Source: Sphyrna mokarran
Taxonomy: Eukaryota
NCBI GenBank assembly: GCA_024679065.1
Contig: JAGIQG010000012.1
Location: 86,800,001 to 86,864,000, forward strand
Length of the DNA: 64,000 nt
Reading direction: 5' to 3'
In this document: positions 13,016-26,577 of the stretch, in pieces
How the letters are laid out: every line of letters begins with the position of its first letter
Numbering within the stretch: position 1 is the stretch's first letter
The notes under the pieces: generated by a model
What the model was told of the DNA's origin: nothing
Database searches by the model: none
What the model saw: only the letters and a program-made list of their open reading frames with translations
Made by a program: the position numbers and the translations under genes

Positions 13016-13668
13016 AGGCAATCAAGTCGATAAGGTTGTTAAGAAGGCATACGGAGTCTTGGCTTTTATTGGTAGGGGGATTGAATTTCGGAGCCGCAAC
13101 GTCATGTTGCAACTGTACAAAACTCTAGTGCGGCCGCACTTGGAGTATTGTGTACAGTTCTGGTCCCCACGTTATAAGAAAGATGTGGAGGCATTGGAGA
13201 GGGTGCAGAGGAGGTTTACCAGGATGTTGCCTAGTATGGAGGGCAGGTCTTATGAGGAGAGGCTCAGGGATTTGAGGTCGTTTTCGTTAGAAAGAAGGCG
13301 ACTAAGAGGAGACCTTATTGAAACATACAAGATGATTGGAGGTTTAGATAGGGTGGACAGTGATAGCCTTTTTCCTCAGATGGAGATGGAGAAAGTTAGC
13401 ACGAGGGGACATAGCTTTAAATTAAGGGGTGGTAGTTATAGGACGGATGTCAGAGGTAGGTTCTTTACCCAGAGGATGGTAAGGGTATGGAATGCCCTGC
13501 CTGCATCAGTTGTAGATGCGCCAAGTTTGGGGGCATTTAAGAGGTCCGTGGATAGGTTTATGGATGAAAAGGGAATGGTTTAGGTTAGACGGTCATTGCT
13601 TTTTCTTAATTGGTCTGCGCAACATTGAGGGCCGAAGGGCCTGTTTTGCGCTGTAATGTTCTATGTTC
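13016..13668 (+). mobile_element. Young 5'-truncated CR1, same subfamily as 46040-48291
   Basis: Open ORF2 C-terminus (174 aa) nearly identical to 47630-48290; tail aatgttctatgttc. Confidence 0.95.
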
Positions 13669-13834
13669 TTAACACCAGTGAAATTACTGTGAAAAGAACT
13701 GAGTTAAAGACTGAGCCAGAGTAAAGGAGAAAGTAATAAAGTCTAAATCAGAGAAATAACAGGGACTTGCAAAAATCATAGCTTAATTCTAATGAGGCAT
13801 TTCATTTATCCAAATATAGATTGGAATATTGGTA

Positions 13835-14225
13835 GAATCATAGACTTTACAGCACAGAAGGAGGCTCTTCAGTCCATTGTTTCTGAACTGCCCATCAAGC
13901 ACCTGTCCTAATCCCATTGTCCAGCACTTGGTGCCCAGCATTTCAAGTGCTCATTCCTAATGCTGCTTAAATGTTGTGAGGATTCCACAAGCCTCTGATA
14001 CCCTTGTCAAGCATGAGTTCCAACCTCTGGGTGAAAAAGATTTTTCTCATATTCCTGCCCCTTGCCTTAAATCTATGCCTCCCTAGTTATTGACCCCTTT
14101 ACTAAGAGGAAAAGTTCCATTCCATCCTATCTATGTCCTTCAGAATTATATGTACCTTGATCAAGTCCCCTTCAGCCTTGTCTGCCCAAAGGAAAACAAC
14201 CCCAGCCTAACGAGCCTCCCTTCAT
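13835..14225 (-). mobile_element. CR1 3' fragment
   Basis: CR1 3' UTR and degenerate ORF2 end. Confidence 0.7.
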
Positions 14226-14574
14226 TGTACAATATTTTTTCTAGGTTGGCATCAGACTTCTTGAATGTTGTTAGAGCTGCACTCTCCGGCAAATGGAGAG
14301 CAATCCATCACACTCCTGTTTCTTATAGATGGATTTGGGGAGTTACTCATCACAGAATTGCTCAATGCTGTCCTGGTGTTGTAGGCTACAACTTTAGCCC
14401 ATATCCTTTAATACCGTTGACTAACAATTTGTTTTTTTTTTAATTCATTCATGGGACATGGGCATTGCTGGCTGGCCAGTATGTATTGCCCATCTCTAGT
14501 TGCCCTTGAGAAGGTGTTGCCTTCTTGAATCGCTGCAGTACATGTTCTATGGTTAACCCTCAATGTTGTTACGT

Positions 14575-15646
14575 AGAACATAGAACAGTACAGCACAATA
14601 CAGGTTCTTCGGACCTCGATGTTGTGCCGAGCTTTGTTAAAAACCAAGATCGAGCTATCCCACTGGTGTGCTCCATCATTCTGGTATGCTCCATGTGCCA
14701 TTCCAATAACCACTTGAAAGTTCCTAAAGTGTCCAACTCCACTATCACAGCAGGCAGTGCATTCCATACCCCAACCACTTTCTGAGTAAAGAACCTACCT
14801 CAGACATTCCTCCTATATCTCCCACCATGAACCTTATAGTTATGCCCCCTAGTAACAGCTACATCCACCTGAGGAAATAGTCTCTGAACGTCCACTCTAT
14901 CTTTCCCTCTCATCATCTCATAAAGTTTATTAAGTTGCCTCTCGTCCACCTCCTCTCCAAAGAGAAAAGCTCAAGCTCTCTCAACCTTTCCTCATAAGAC
15001 CTATCCTTCAAATCAGGCAGCATCCTGGTAAATCTCCTCTAAACTCTCTCCAATGCTTCCGCATTCTTCTTATAATGAGTTGAACAGAACTGCACACAGT
15101 ATTTCAAACGTGGTCTCACCAAGGTCCCGTACAGTTGCAGCATAACCCCTGGCTCTTGAACTCAAATCCCCAGTTAATAAATGCTAACACACTATAGGCC
15201 TTCTTCACGGCTCTATCCACTTCAGTGGCAACTTCCAGAGATCTGTGGAAATGAACCCCAAGATCTCTCTGTCCCTCCACATTCTTCAGACCCTGCCATT
15301 GACCTTGTAATCCACATTCAAATTTGTTCTACCAAAATGAATCACCTCACACTTATCAGGGTTAAACAATGCCACTCCTCCACCTCTTGTACCACCTTCC
15401 CTACTCTTACTGAAACATCTGTACCTGGAACTTCCAACAACCGTTCCTGTCCCTGTTCTAACCATGTCTCCATAATCCCAAGTACCAATCCATGCTCCAA
15501 GTGCCTTCTTCCGGATGCTTCTTGCATTGAAGTAGACACACTTCAACCCACCTTCCTGTCTGCCAGTACACTCCTGCGACCTTGATACCCTCCTCAGTAC
15601 CTCACTGTGCTCAACACTGGCTTCAGGACTACAGCTCATTTTCCCA
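14575..15646 (-). mobile_element. Internally deleted CR1 (endonuclease start fused to post-RT region)
   Basis: LKCVYFNARSIR...GGGVAL joined directly to FNPDKCEVIHFGR; intact 3' UTR. Confidence 0.85.
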
Positions 15647-17160
15647 GACGCTTTATCCTGGATTGTGTCAAGCTTCTTGAGTGTTGTTGGAGCTGCACCC
15701 ATCCAGGCAAGTGGGGAGTATTCCATCACACATATGCTTGTGTCTTGTAGATTGTGTATAGGCTCTGGGGAGTCAGGAGGTGAGTTACTCATCACAGTAT
15801 ACTGAGCCTCTGACCTGCTGTTGTAGCCATTATGTTTATGTGGTGAATCCAGTTCAGTTCCTGGTCAATGGTAACACGAAGAATGTAGACAATGGGTGAT
15901 TCAATGATGATTACACCATTGAATGTCAAGGGGTGGTAGTTAGAGTGTCTCTTATTGGTGATGGGCATTGCCTGGCATTTGTGTGGCGCAAATGTTACTC
16001 GCCACTTGTCAGCCCAAGCCTGGATATTGTCCAGATCTTGTTGCATTTGAATATGGATTGCTTCAGAACCTAAGAAGTCCCAAATGGTGCTGAACATCGT
16101 GCAATCATTGGCAAATATCCCCACTTCTGACTTTATGATGGAGGGAAGGTCATTGATGAAACAACTGAAGATTGTTGGGCTGAGGACACTCCCCTGAGGG
16201 ACTCCTGCAGAGACGTCCTGGAGCTGAGATGACTGACCTCCACAACCGCAACCATCTTCCTATGTATCAGGTATGACTCCAACCAGTGGAGAGTTTGCCC
16301 CTAATACTCATTGATTTCAGTTTCACTACGGTTGCTTAATGCCACACTCGGTTAAGTGCAGCCTTGATGTCAAGGGCTTTCATTTTCCCCTCAGCTCTGG
16401 AATTCAGCTCTTTTGTCCATGTTTGAATCAAGGTTGTAATAAGGTCAGGAGCTGAGTGACCCTGGGCGAAACCCAAACTGGGCATCACTGAGCAGGTTAT
16501 TGCTGAGCAGGTGCTGCTTGAAAGTCGATGACTTTACTTCCATCACTTTACTGATGATCGAGAGTAGACTGTGCAATAATTAGCCAGGTTGGGTTTGTCC
16601 TGCTTTTAGTATACAGGACAAACCTGGGCAATTTTTCACATGGTTGGGTAGATACCAGTGTTATAACTGTACTGAAGTGCTTGGCTAGGGGAGCGGCAAG
16701 TTCTGGAGTCAAAGTCTTCAGTACTATTGTTGGAATGTGATCAGGGCCCATTGCCTTTGCAGTATCCAGTGCCTTGATTCTTGATATCGCGTAGAGTGAA
16801 TCGAATTGACTGGAGGTTGGTATCTGAGATGCTGGGAATCACTGGAGGAGATCAAGACATATCATCCACTCGGTACTTCTGGCTGAAGATTGCTGCGAAA
16901 TTCTTCAGCCTTTTGCGCTGATGTTCTGGCTCCTCCATCACTGAGAATGGGGATATTTGTGGAACCTCCTCCTCCTGTGAGCTTTTTAATTGTCCACCAC
17001 CATTCTTGACTGGATATGGAAGGACTGCAGAGCTTAGATCTGATTTGTTGGTTGTGGGATCGCTTAGCTCTGTCTATCACTTGCTGTTTTTGCCATTTGT
17101 CGTGTATGTAGTTCTGTTTGATACCTTCACCAGATTTTGATACCTCATTTTTAGGCAATG
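15647..17160 (-). mobile_element. Divergent non-LTR retrotransposon (CR1/Jockey group) RT fragment
   Basis: GPDHIPTIVLK, IFANDCT (YADD equivalent), VMEYSPLAW; related pieces at 14240-14570, 32460-32715, 35350-36680, 41470-42262 and 45580-45920. Confidence 0.8.
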
Positions 17161-17608
17161 CCTGTTGCTTACAAACTTCAGGTTTCTTAAACAAATGATT
17201 TACTTTTCAATAATTGTCATTTCTGAAAGCACATTCCAAACAGAAAAATCTGCCTCTATTCCATTGAGTTTAATCCAAGGTGAACCAAATTGTGGAAGTA
17301 GTTTCATCTATCTCTTTATCTTAATTTTTTGAAAAGTTGAATTAAATTCCCCTTAACTTTCTAAATTAGTTTTTAAAATCTCATCTCAGAGCTTAACCCT
17401 TAGAATGCAGGTATTATTCTAGTAAATCCACACCTCATTCCTTCCAAGACCAGTATGCCCATCTTAAAGACTGGTGCCTCGAACTGCTCACAGTAACTCC
17501 AGATATGGTCTGACTAAAACCTTGTATAGCTGAGGTGTGGCTTTTACATAATAAATCACAGTGGATGCTGGAATCTGAAACCAAAAAGTTGGTGCTGCTG
17601 ACACAAAA

Positions 17609-18470
17609 GTTGGAGATGTTTTGGATAGTTTGGAGGGATGTCAGATGTTGTAACGAGACATAGATAGGATGTAAGACTGGGCGAAAAAGTGGTAGATGGA
17701 CTTCAACCTGGATAAGTGTGTGGTAGTTCATTTTGGCAGGTCCAATGGGATGAAGGAATATAATATTAAGGGTAAGATTTAGCAGTGTGGAAATCAAAAG
17801 GATATTGGGGTCCGGGTTCATAGGACTCTCAAATCGGCTTTGCAGGCAGAGGATATGGTTAAGAAGACGTATAGTGTACTGGGCTTCATCAGTTGAGGAA
17901 ATGAGTTTAGGAGTCAGCAGATAATGCTGCAGCTGTATAAGACCCTTGTCAGAGCCCATTTGGAATACTGTGCTCAGCTTTGGTCACCTCATTACAGGAA
18001 GGATGTGGAAACCATTGAATGGGTGCAGAGGAGATTTACAAGGATGATGCCTGGATTGGGTGGCAGGCCTTATGAGGATAGGTTGAGGGAACTCAGTCTT
18101 CTCTATTTAAAGAGACGAAGGATGAGAGGTGACCTGATAGAGGTGTATAAGATGTTGAGAGGTATTGATTGAGTGGATTTTCAGAGGCTTTTTTCCAGGG
18201 CTGAAATGGCTGCCACAAGAGAACACAGATTTAGGGTGCTGGGGAGCAGGTATAGAGGAGATATCAGGAGTAAGTTTTTCACTCAGAGGGTGGTGGGTGC
18301 ATGAAATCGGTTGCCGGCTGTGGTGGTGGAGGTGGTCTTTTCAGAGACTTCTGGAGGGGTACATGGGATTTAGTAAGATAGAGGGTTATAGATAAGCCTA
18401 GTAGGTAGAGATGTTCAGTGCAACTTGTGGGCCGAAGGGCCTGTTTGTACTGTAGTTTTACTATGTTCTA
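17609..18470 (+). mobile_element. 5'-truncated CR1
   Basis: MLQLYKTLVRAHLEYCAQLWSP; CR1 3' UTR. Confidence 0.9.
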
Positions 18471-19719
18471 AGTGCAGCAGGTAATTAAGAAGGCAAATGG
18501 AATTTTGTCTTTCATTGCCAGAGATTGGAGTTTAAAAATAGCAAGGTTATGTTGCAGCTGTACAAGATGCTGGTGAAGCTACAGTTGGAGTACTGGTCTG
18601 ACGCAAGATTGAAAGTCCTGATGGGACACTGGGCAGGCTGCTGTTTAATGAGCATTCATCAGAGACAAATGAATGAAAATATGTTCACACACCAGACAAC
18701 AAGAAGGCCAATCCACCATTAACTCGCTACTGGGAAAATTGCAACAGGATTTCACGCTGGTGGGTTTTTGACCTTTTGGCTCCTGCTTGATTCTTCACCC
18801 CTATCCATCACCAAACCCATGGGCAAGAATGGAAGAATTTCTTATAGAATAGTTTCTTCAGTCCCAGACAGCTGGGCTGGAGATAGTGATGTGAGTGTTC
18901 TGGACTGGGATTTCAATATGGGGCTGGGACCTTCAAACCTGTCAGCTGAGGGTAGATGGATGAATCCTGACCTGCAAAGTGACTCCAAGGGAAAACAACT
19001 GGGCAAAATGAATACGATTCCAAGGGCAAATTCTGGTGTGGGATCTGCCATTCTGGCCATCAGGAAAGGCATTGCCAGAGCATCTGACACTAAGTTTCAA
19101 CGACAGAGAATTCCACCCAACGTCAGAATTAATGCACTGCAAAGTGAAGAATCATTTAAAGTAGGCCAGAAGATGGGGGAAAATAAAAAAAAAATAAATT
19201 CAGAAAGATCAATGTAGAGAATTTGGAAGTAGATTAAATGACAATGTCAATATAAAAAAGATAGTAAACGAATATCATGGAGAAGGAATGCATGGATCAG
19301 AACTAAGATATCACATCATAATGGGATCAGATACAGCAGAAAAACTGCTTTGTTCAGTGTGAGAAATGAACAGGGTAATCAGAGCAATTATGTCATAGGA
19401 TATCAAAATAATAATACTCATCATGATATCATTACTAACTGAGCAGGAGTGGAAAATAATTGGAGTAGGTTAGAGTAGAACATAGAATGTAGAACATAGA
19501 ACACTACAGTACAAACAGGCCCTTCAGTCCACAAGTTGTGCCAATCATATCAGTTGTGCCATAGAACTATCTGTAACTCCCAATCCCATTAAATCCCATG
19601 TACTCATCCAGAAATCTCTTAAAAGACCTCAGCGAGTTCGCCTCTACCACCACTGACGGCAACCAATTGGAATAAGGAGACATTGCGGTGATGTCAGCAA
19701 GGGGTGAATACCTAAAATC

Positions 19720-21200
19720 ATAGAATGGTTAGGGCACAAAATGAGGCCATTCTGTCCTGGCTCTCAGAAACAGAAACTCAACTGGTCCTTTTCCTTGTAG
19801 CACTGCAATATTTTTCTATTCAGATAATTATGCAGTTTTCTTTTGAAAGCGTCAATTGGATCTGCTTCCACCACACACTCAGCGCATTTCAGATCCTAAC
19901 CATTCACTGTGTGAATCTGTCTCCACCACACTCTCAGACAGTGCATTCCAGATCCTAACCACTCGCTGTGTGAATCTATCTCCACTGCCTTCTCAGACAG
20001 TGCATTCCAGATCCTAACCATTCACTGTGTGAATCTGTCTCCACTGCATTCTCAGACAGTGCATTCCAGATCCTAACCACTCGCTGTGTGAAAAATGGTT
20101 CTCATTGTGTTGCAGTTGCTTCTTTTCCCATTCATCTTCAATTTGTGTCCTCTGGTTCTCAATCCATCCCCCAATAGGAACAGTTTCTCCTGATCTACTC
20201 TGTGCAGACCCCTCATGATTTTGAACATCTCTCTCAACTCTCCTCCCAACCTTCTCTTCTCCAAGGAGAACATTTCCAACTTCTCCAATTTATGCATGCA
20301 TCCTCCCTGGAACCATTCTTATGAATTGTTCCTGCACACTCTAATCCCAGAGTGTAATGCCCAGAACAGGTCACACCCCAACTGAGGCTGAGCTAATGTT
20401 TTTCACAAATTCAACATAAGTATCTTCCTTGCCTTTATACTCTCTGCCTCGATTAATAAAGTCCAGGATGCCATGTGTATAACTTGATAACTCATTTCTC
20501 TATCTGTTCTGCCATATTCAATGACTTATGAATTTATGCAGCCAGATCCCTCTGCTTCTGCATCCCCTTTAGAATCTTTGTGCTATATGATACTCTCCTC
20601 ATTTCTTTTCCGAAAATGAATTGCTTCACACTCCACTAGTCTAATCCCCTTTGAGGTTTTACAATATCAGTGAACAATCAGTTCACAAAACATCCCATGT
20701 TTTTGTTAGCTGCAAATTTTTGAAGGGGGGCCCTATATATCTAAGCAGACATCATTAATATGTACCGTGAAAAACAAGTGGCCTAACACTTAGCTAAGGG
20801 CAGCACTACTAGAAATCTTTCTTCAGTCTAAACCACATCCATTCACCACTCCTTTTTGTTCCCTTCCATTTAGCAAGCTCTCCCTTTTATTCCCAGGGCT
20901 CTAACTTGTTTAACAAACTTTATAGCACTTTATCAAAATACCTTTTGCAAGTCCGTGTTACCTTATTCCAATCTTTATCTTCCCTCTGTTACATCATCAA
21001 AAAACCCAAACAAATTGACTAATCACAATTTTCCCTTAACTGGTCCATGCTGGCTTTTTTTAGTTAAGTTGCATTCTCCCAAACAATTTGTTAATTTTAT
21101 CCTGTTTTTTTGGTCTCTAAAAGGCTGTGACAACTGAAATTAAACTAAATGGTCTGAAAAAGGCTGTTTGCAATTCTCCAGTCCCCTGGCATCATCCTTG
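19720..21200 (-). mobile_element. Old CR1 3' half containing a 59-bp tandem array
   Basis: LEMFSLEKRRLGG and decayed RT on the minus strand. Confidence 0.75.
19861..20092. repeat. Minisatellite, 4 x 59 bp
   Basis: agatcctaacc at 19891, 19950, 20009 and 20068. Confidence 0.95.
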
Positions 21201-21202
21201 TA

Positions 21203-21478
21203 TGATGTGGAGATGCTGGCGTTGGACTGGGGTAAACAGAGTAAGAAGTCTTATAACACTAGGTTAAAGTCCAACAGGTTTATTTGGTAGTAAACACCAT
21301 TAGCTTTCGGGGCTTTGCCCCTTTGACAAGTGGATCACAAACTTATATGCCCTACTTGTGATCAGAACTCCCCATTCACCTGACAAAGAGGCAAAGCTCC
21401 AAAAGCTAATGGCGTTTGCTACCAAATCAACCTGTTGGACTTTAACCGTGGTTCTGAGACTTCTTACTGTGATCACCC
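21203..21478. mobile_element. Inverted pair of Penelope-like terminal sequences
   Basis: ~100-bp arms 21230-21332 and 21377-21478 are reverse-complementary; same family as 56400-56520. Confidence 0.75.
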
Positions 21479-21854
21479 TTGTATCTCAGGCTGCTGCAGT
21501 GAAGAGGGTTGGTTCGCATAATAAAATGGGTTTAGATAGTCAATGTGGGAAAAGAGGGATTGTTACATTCCTGTATTGAAGTCCCCCAGTAACGGGAATG
21601 GATTGATGAAGAAATGAGAGAGATTATTGAAAATAGCAGTTATAATTCTAAAATATTATTCTTCTACACTCTGCATCTCACCTCAATTGAATAAAAATGC
21701 TAATAGTAGAATCATACAGTGCAGAAGAGGCTGTTCAGCCCATTGAGTCTACACCAGCACATTAGAAATGGGGTACTAGGATATATGGCTGGAAGGATAA
21801 AATAAAAAAGTCAGGGTATAATGGTAATGAATTGGAGAATATTAGTAAGACCAT

Positions 21855-22110
21855 CTTGGGTGTCTGTGTGGAGTTTGCACATTCTCCCTGTGTCTGTTTG
21901 GGTTCCCTCTGAGTGCTCTGGTTTCCTCCCACATTCCAATGATGTGCAGGTTGGCCATGCTAAATTGCCCTTTAATGTGTAGGTCAGGGGAATTGCTAGG
22001 GTAATTATGTTGGATTTTGAGGAAAAGGCCTGAGTGGGGTGTTCTGTCAGAAAGTCAGTGCAGACTGGATGGACTGAATGGCCTCCTTCTACACTGTAGG
22101 TATTCTATAA
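21855..22110 (+). mobile_element. V-SINE, head truncated
   Basis: V-domain and CR1-type tail. Confidence 0.8.
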
Positions 22111-22864
22111 TTAAAAACACTACATGGAGTCCAAAACCATACATCTTCTGGTTTCAATGATTGAGGCTCAGTATGAGGGGCCATAAGATTAAATGTAAAA
22201 TTTGGGACAGAGAGTGGGAGGAACATTTTAATATCGAATGTTGTGTGGAATTGGTGGCTTGGTCACTATTTAAGAATGGATTATTAGTTGGTTGTGAACA
22301 TAAAGGATATGGAAATTGGAAGGAATTTGGAATAATGCTTAGTTGATGATAAGCATCAAGATGGATTGCTTTGACCCAGTAACCTGTATTATGTCGATTC
22401 TGTGTATGTTTAGGAGAGGCCAATGATACCCAAGCACATTGTCTGAAAATGTCACATCTGTTTTCTCACAAACTAAAACAATATGATTTCTAACATAGCA
22501 ATTAGAAAAAAAGTATTCTTTTTGTGTCCCCATTGATTTGGGTGAGGTTTCTGTTTACTTTATTTACTTTATATTTATATTTACTCCATTTACTTTATAT
22601 GTATTTGCATAACCGCAAGATTTTGCTTAGAGCATCTTTTTTTGTGTTTTGTCATTCCCACACTAATTTTTACCCTTTGGGGAACAGTGGGGTGAAGTGG
22701 GGGAAGGATTTCTGAACTGCTTATCAGCCAGTTGAGACACATTGAGCAACACCAATACAACACCAGAGAAATTGGGACCAGAAAATCTGTGTTTGCATTG
22801 CTCATTGGCAGAAGTTCTGAGAGGAACAAATTTTAGTTAGGAGCTGAAGGAAATCAGTTTTTTT

Positions 22865-24862
22865 TTAGAGAAATGATATGGGGGAAATTGATGGCATTGA
22901 AGGTGGATAAATCTCCAAGTCCTGATAATCTTCATCCCAGAGTACTTAAGGAAATGGCTCTGGAAATAATGGATCTATTGGTGGTTATTTTCCAAAATTC
23001 TTTGAACTCTAGATGGATTTCTATGTTTGGAGAGTAGCTAATATAAGCCTGTTATTCAAAAAGGGAGGTAGAGCGAAAACAGGAAACTATATTGAGTCTA
23101 ACGTCAGTACTGAGGAAGTTGCGAGAGTTTATTATCAAGGATTTCATAACTCAGCCTTTGGAAGGCAGTGGTATAATCAGACAAAGTCGGCATAGATTTA
23201 CAAAACGGAAATCATGTTTGACGAATCTATTGATTTTTTTGAGGGTGTAACTAGTAGAGTTGACCGAAGAGAACCTTTGGATGGGTGTGGTTTACTTAGA
23301 CTTTCAAAAAGCTTTTGGCCAGATCTCATGTAATAGACTACAATGTAAAGTTCAAGCATTTGGTTTTGCAGGTAATGTCTTGAAGTAGGTAGAAAGCTGG
23401 TTTGCAGATAGGAAGCAAAGAGCTGGCATAAATGGATATTTTCTGACAGTGACTAATAGGGTTCTGCATGGATCTGTACTAGGACCCCAACTGTTCACAT
23501 CATATATTAATGATTTGGAAGAGGGAACTAAATATATTAGCTCCAGGTTTGTAGATGATACGAAGTTGGGTGAGAGGATGAACTATGAGGAGGATGCAGA
23601 GATGCTTCAGTGTGATTTGGACCTGCTGATTTTATGGGGCATATGCATGGCAAATGCAGAATAATGTGGATAAATATGAGATTATCCACTTTGTTAGCGA
23701 TAAAAGAAAGACAGATTATTACTTGAATTGTGTAAATTGAGAGACGTGGTTACTCAGCGAGACCTTGGTGTTCTCGTGTATCAGTTGCTGAAAGTAAGTG
23801 TGCAGATACAGCGGGCAGCACAGAAGGCAAATGGTATGTTGGTCTTCATAGCGAGAGGATTCGAGTATAGGGATAGGGATACTTTGCTGCAATTGTACAG
23901 GACATTAATGAGGCCACATCTGGAGTATTGTGTGCAGTTTTGGTGTCCTTATGTGAGGAAGATGTCCTTGCTATACTGAAAGTACAGTGAAGGTTTACCT
24001 GGCTGATTCCTGGGGTGGCAAGTCTGTCATATGAGGAGAGATTGAGTCAGTTAGAAGTATATTCACTGGAGTTTAGAAGAGTGAGAGGGGATCTCATAGA
24101 AACTTATAAAATTCTAACAGGGTTAGACAGAGTGAGGGTGGGGGGGAGGGGGGAGTGGGCAGGGTAGGGGCATCCAGAATTAAGGGTCATAGTTTGAGGA
24201 TAAGGGGTAAACCTTATAGAACTGAGGTGAGGAGAAATTTCTTTATCCAGAGGGTGGTAATGTGTGGGATTCACTACCACAGAAAATAAGAACATAAGAA
24301 ATAGGAGCAGGAGTAGGCCATCCAGCTCCACGAGCCTGTCCTGCCATTCAATAAGATCATGGCTGATCTGAAGTGGATCAGTTCTATTTTCCTGCTTTCT
24401 CCCCATAACCCTTAATTCCCTTGTCTATCAGAAATCTTTCTACCCGTGACTTAAATACATTCAGCGAGGTAGCCTCCACTATTTCAATGGGCAGAGAATT
24501 CCAAAGACTCACCACCCTTTGAATGAAGAAGTTCCTCCTCAACTCTGATCTAAACTGTTCCCCCCCCCCCCCCACCCCCCACCTCCCTTATTTTGGGACT
24601 GTGCCCTCTCGTTCTGCTATCCTGTGTAAGCGGGAAGAATCTCTCTACCTCTACCCTAGCTAGAAAAATAGTTGAGACTAAAATGTTTTCTGATTTCAAG
24701 AAGAAATTAGATATAACTCTTGGGGCTTAAAAAAAAATTAAGGAATATTGGGAGATGGGTGGGGATCAGGATATTGAATTCAATGAACAGCCATGATCAA
24801 AATGAATGACGGAGCATGGCCAAAGGGCTGAATGGTCTACCCCTGCTTCTAGTTTCTATGTA
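22865..24862 (+). mobile_element. 5'-truncated CR1 with a nested younger CR1 3' end (24289-24660, - strand)
   Basis: RT motifs GSVLGPQLF, FVDDTK, RPHLEYCVQFW; insert flanked by agaaaata/agaaaaata. Confidence 0.9.
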
Positions 24863-25004
24863 AGTGGAGCTCTATTGGTGCACTGATGTGTCAGCAGAGA
24901 TGATGTACATCCTCAGACAATCTTTGAAAAAGATTGTAGGAATTTTTTTTTACAGTCACCTACTAGAGTAAACTGAAGATAGCCTGTAGGTCTGTAAGAG
25001 GCAT

Positions 25005-25510
25005 AGACAGACTGGATAGTGAGAGGCTTTTTTCCCAGGGTGGAAGTGTCAATTACAAGGGGGCACAGGTTCAAGGTGAGAGGAGGAAAGTTTGTGGGAG
25101 ATGTGAAAGGGGATGTTTTTACTGCAAAGAGTGGTGGGTGCCTGAATGCGCTGTCAGAGGAGCTGGTGGAAGCAGGCACATCAGTAACATTTAAGATATG
25201 TACATGAATAGGGAGGGAATAGAGGGATAGGGACTGAGTAAGGCTAGAAGGCTTTTTTACTTTAGTTAGGGTACCATGATTGGCATAGGCTTAAAGAGCT
25301 GAAGGGCTTGCTCCAGTGCTGTACTTTTCTTTATTAGATAGATAGATAGGATCTTGATTAATAAGGGGATCAGGGGTTATGGGGAAAAGGCAGGAGAATG
25401 GGAATGAGAAAAATATCAGCCATGATTGAATGGTGGAGCAGACTCGATGGGCCGAGTGGCCTAATTCTGCTCCTATGTTTTATAATCTAATTGTCCTTAT
25501 GGTCTTGTTC
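25005..25510 (+). mobile_element. Two stacked CR1 3' ends
   Basis: FFPRVEVSITRGHRFKV followed by two successive CR1 3' UTRs. Confidence 0.8.
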
Positions 25511-26577
25511 TTAGCCTATCTGGAAGATGCAGCATTCCCTCAGTACTGGGAATATCTCCCAGGATTATGAGCCATGCCCCTGAACTGGAGCTTGAACTCC
25601 TGACCTTCTGATGCTAAAGCAAGAATGTGATGATAACTGTAATGATCTTTTCACTGAGTGCATGGAGAGTCTGCCACATGGTGATGCTTGTGAAATTTCC
25701 TGAGGAAGCTGAAAAAAACACACAATTTAATTTTCCTTTGAAACAAAATTGACGTCAAATGGATAATCGCAGACTTGGTGTCAGCGGTAGGAAAAGTTTC
25801 AGCCTCTCCAAGAGAAAAAATATAGTATTCTAAGGGAGTGGCAGTGGTAGAACCTCACAGAGTTCGGTGTGGCGGTAGATCTGGACTTGGCCAGTGAGGA
25901 AATGCAGTGCATTTCAGGAAAGCATTTGGCAGGATATCACATGGGATGTTATGAGAGTAGATTAAGGAGTATGACATTCATGGGAGAACAGCAAACATGT
26001 TTAAAAAATGGTTAGACAAAAGTAAAAAGTAGGAATTAAGGGAATTTTAGTTTGGGTGAGTGAAAGTGGCAGTTACCCATGGTTCTGTTTTGGCAGCATT
26101 TTGGTTTACCCAGACTGAAGGAAGTGGTGTGAATTTGTAGACAATATCAAGAGAGAAAATTTAGTTAATTGGAGAACGAAATAACTTACAGAGGAGGAGG
26201 CCATTCAGCCCTTCAAGCCATTCCTGCCTGATCTTGGCTTCATAGCCACTTTCCTATCTATTTCCCAGAATCCTCAACTGCCTTAGTTCAAAATGTACCT
26301 AAAAGCTGTAATTCATTGCAACATCAAAGAAAGTTGCATTATGATATTGGGCTGGCTTTAATAGGGTGCTGCGTTCCCCCGCTGTGTTCCCAGATTAAAG
26401 AGTCATTCAGAACTATGGGCTGGCAGGTGGGATTAAATTGGAGTTCAAGTGTTTCTAATGTGTCACCATCAGTACGACCACATGTCAGAGTAGATTGACT
26501 GGATGGATGAGTGGACATGACAGAAGGATAGATTGATCTGTGTCGACAATCGCCGGTGAGCTACCTGAAGATTAAGG

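Noticed and set aside
18768-19217. 149-aa ORF
   Set aside because: Non-ATG start, no domain or exon boundaries; lies among decayed repeats
19861-20092. CRISPR-like array (also 44626-44983)
   Set aside because: Eukaryotic tandem repeats with no unique spacers and no cas genes
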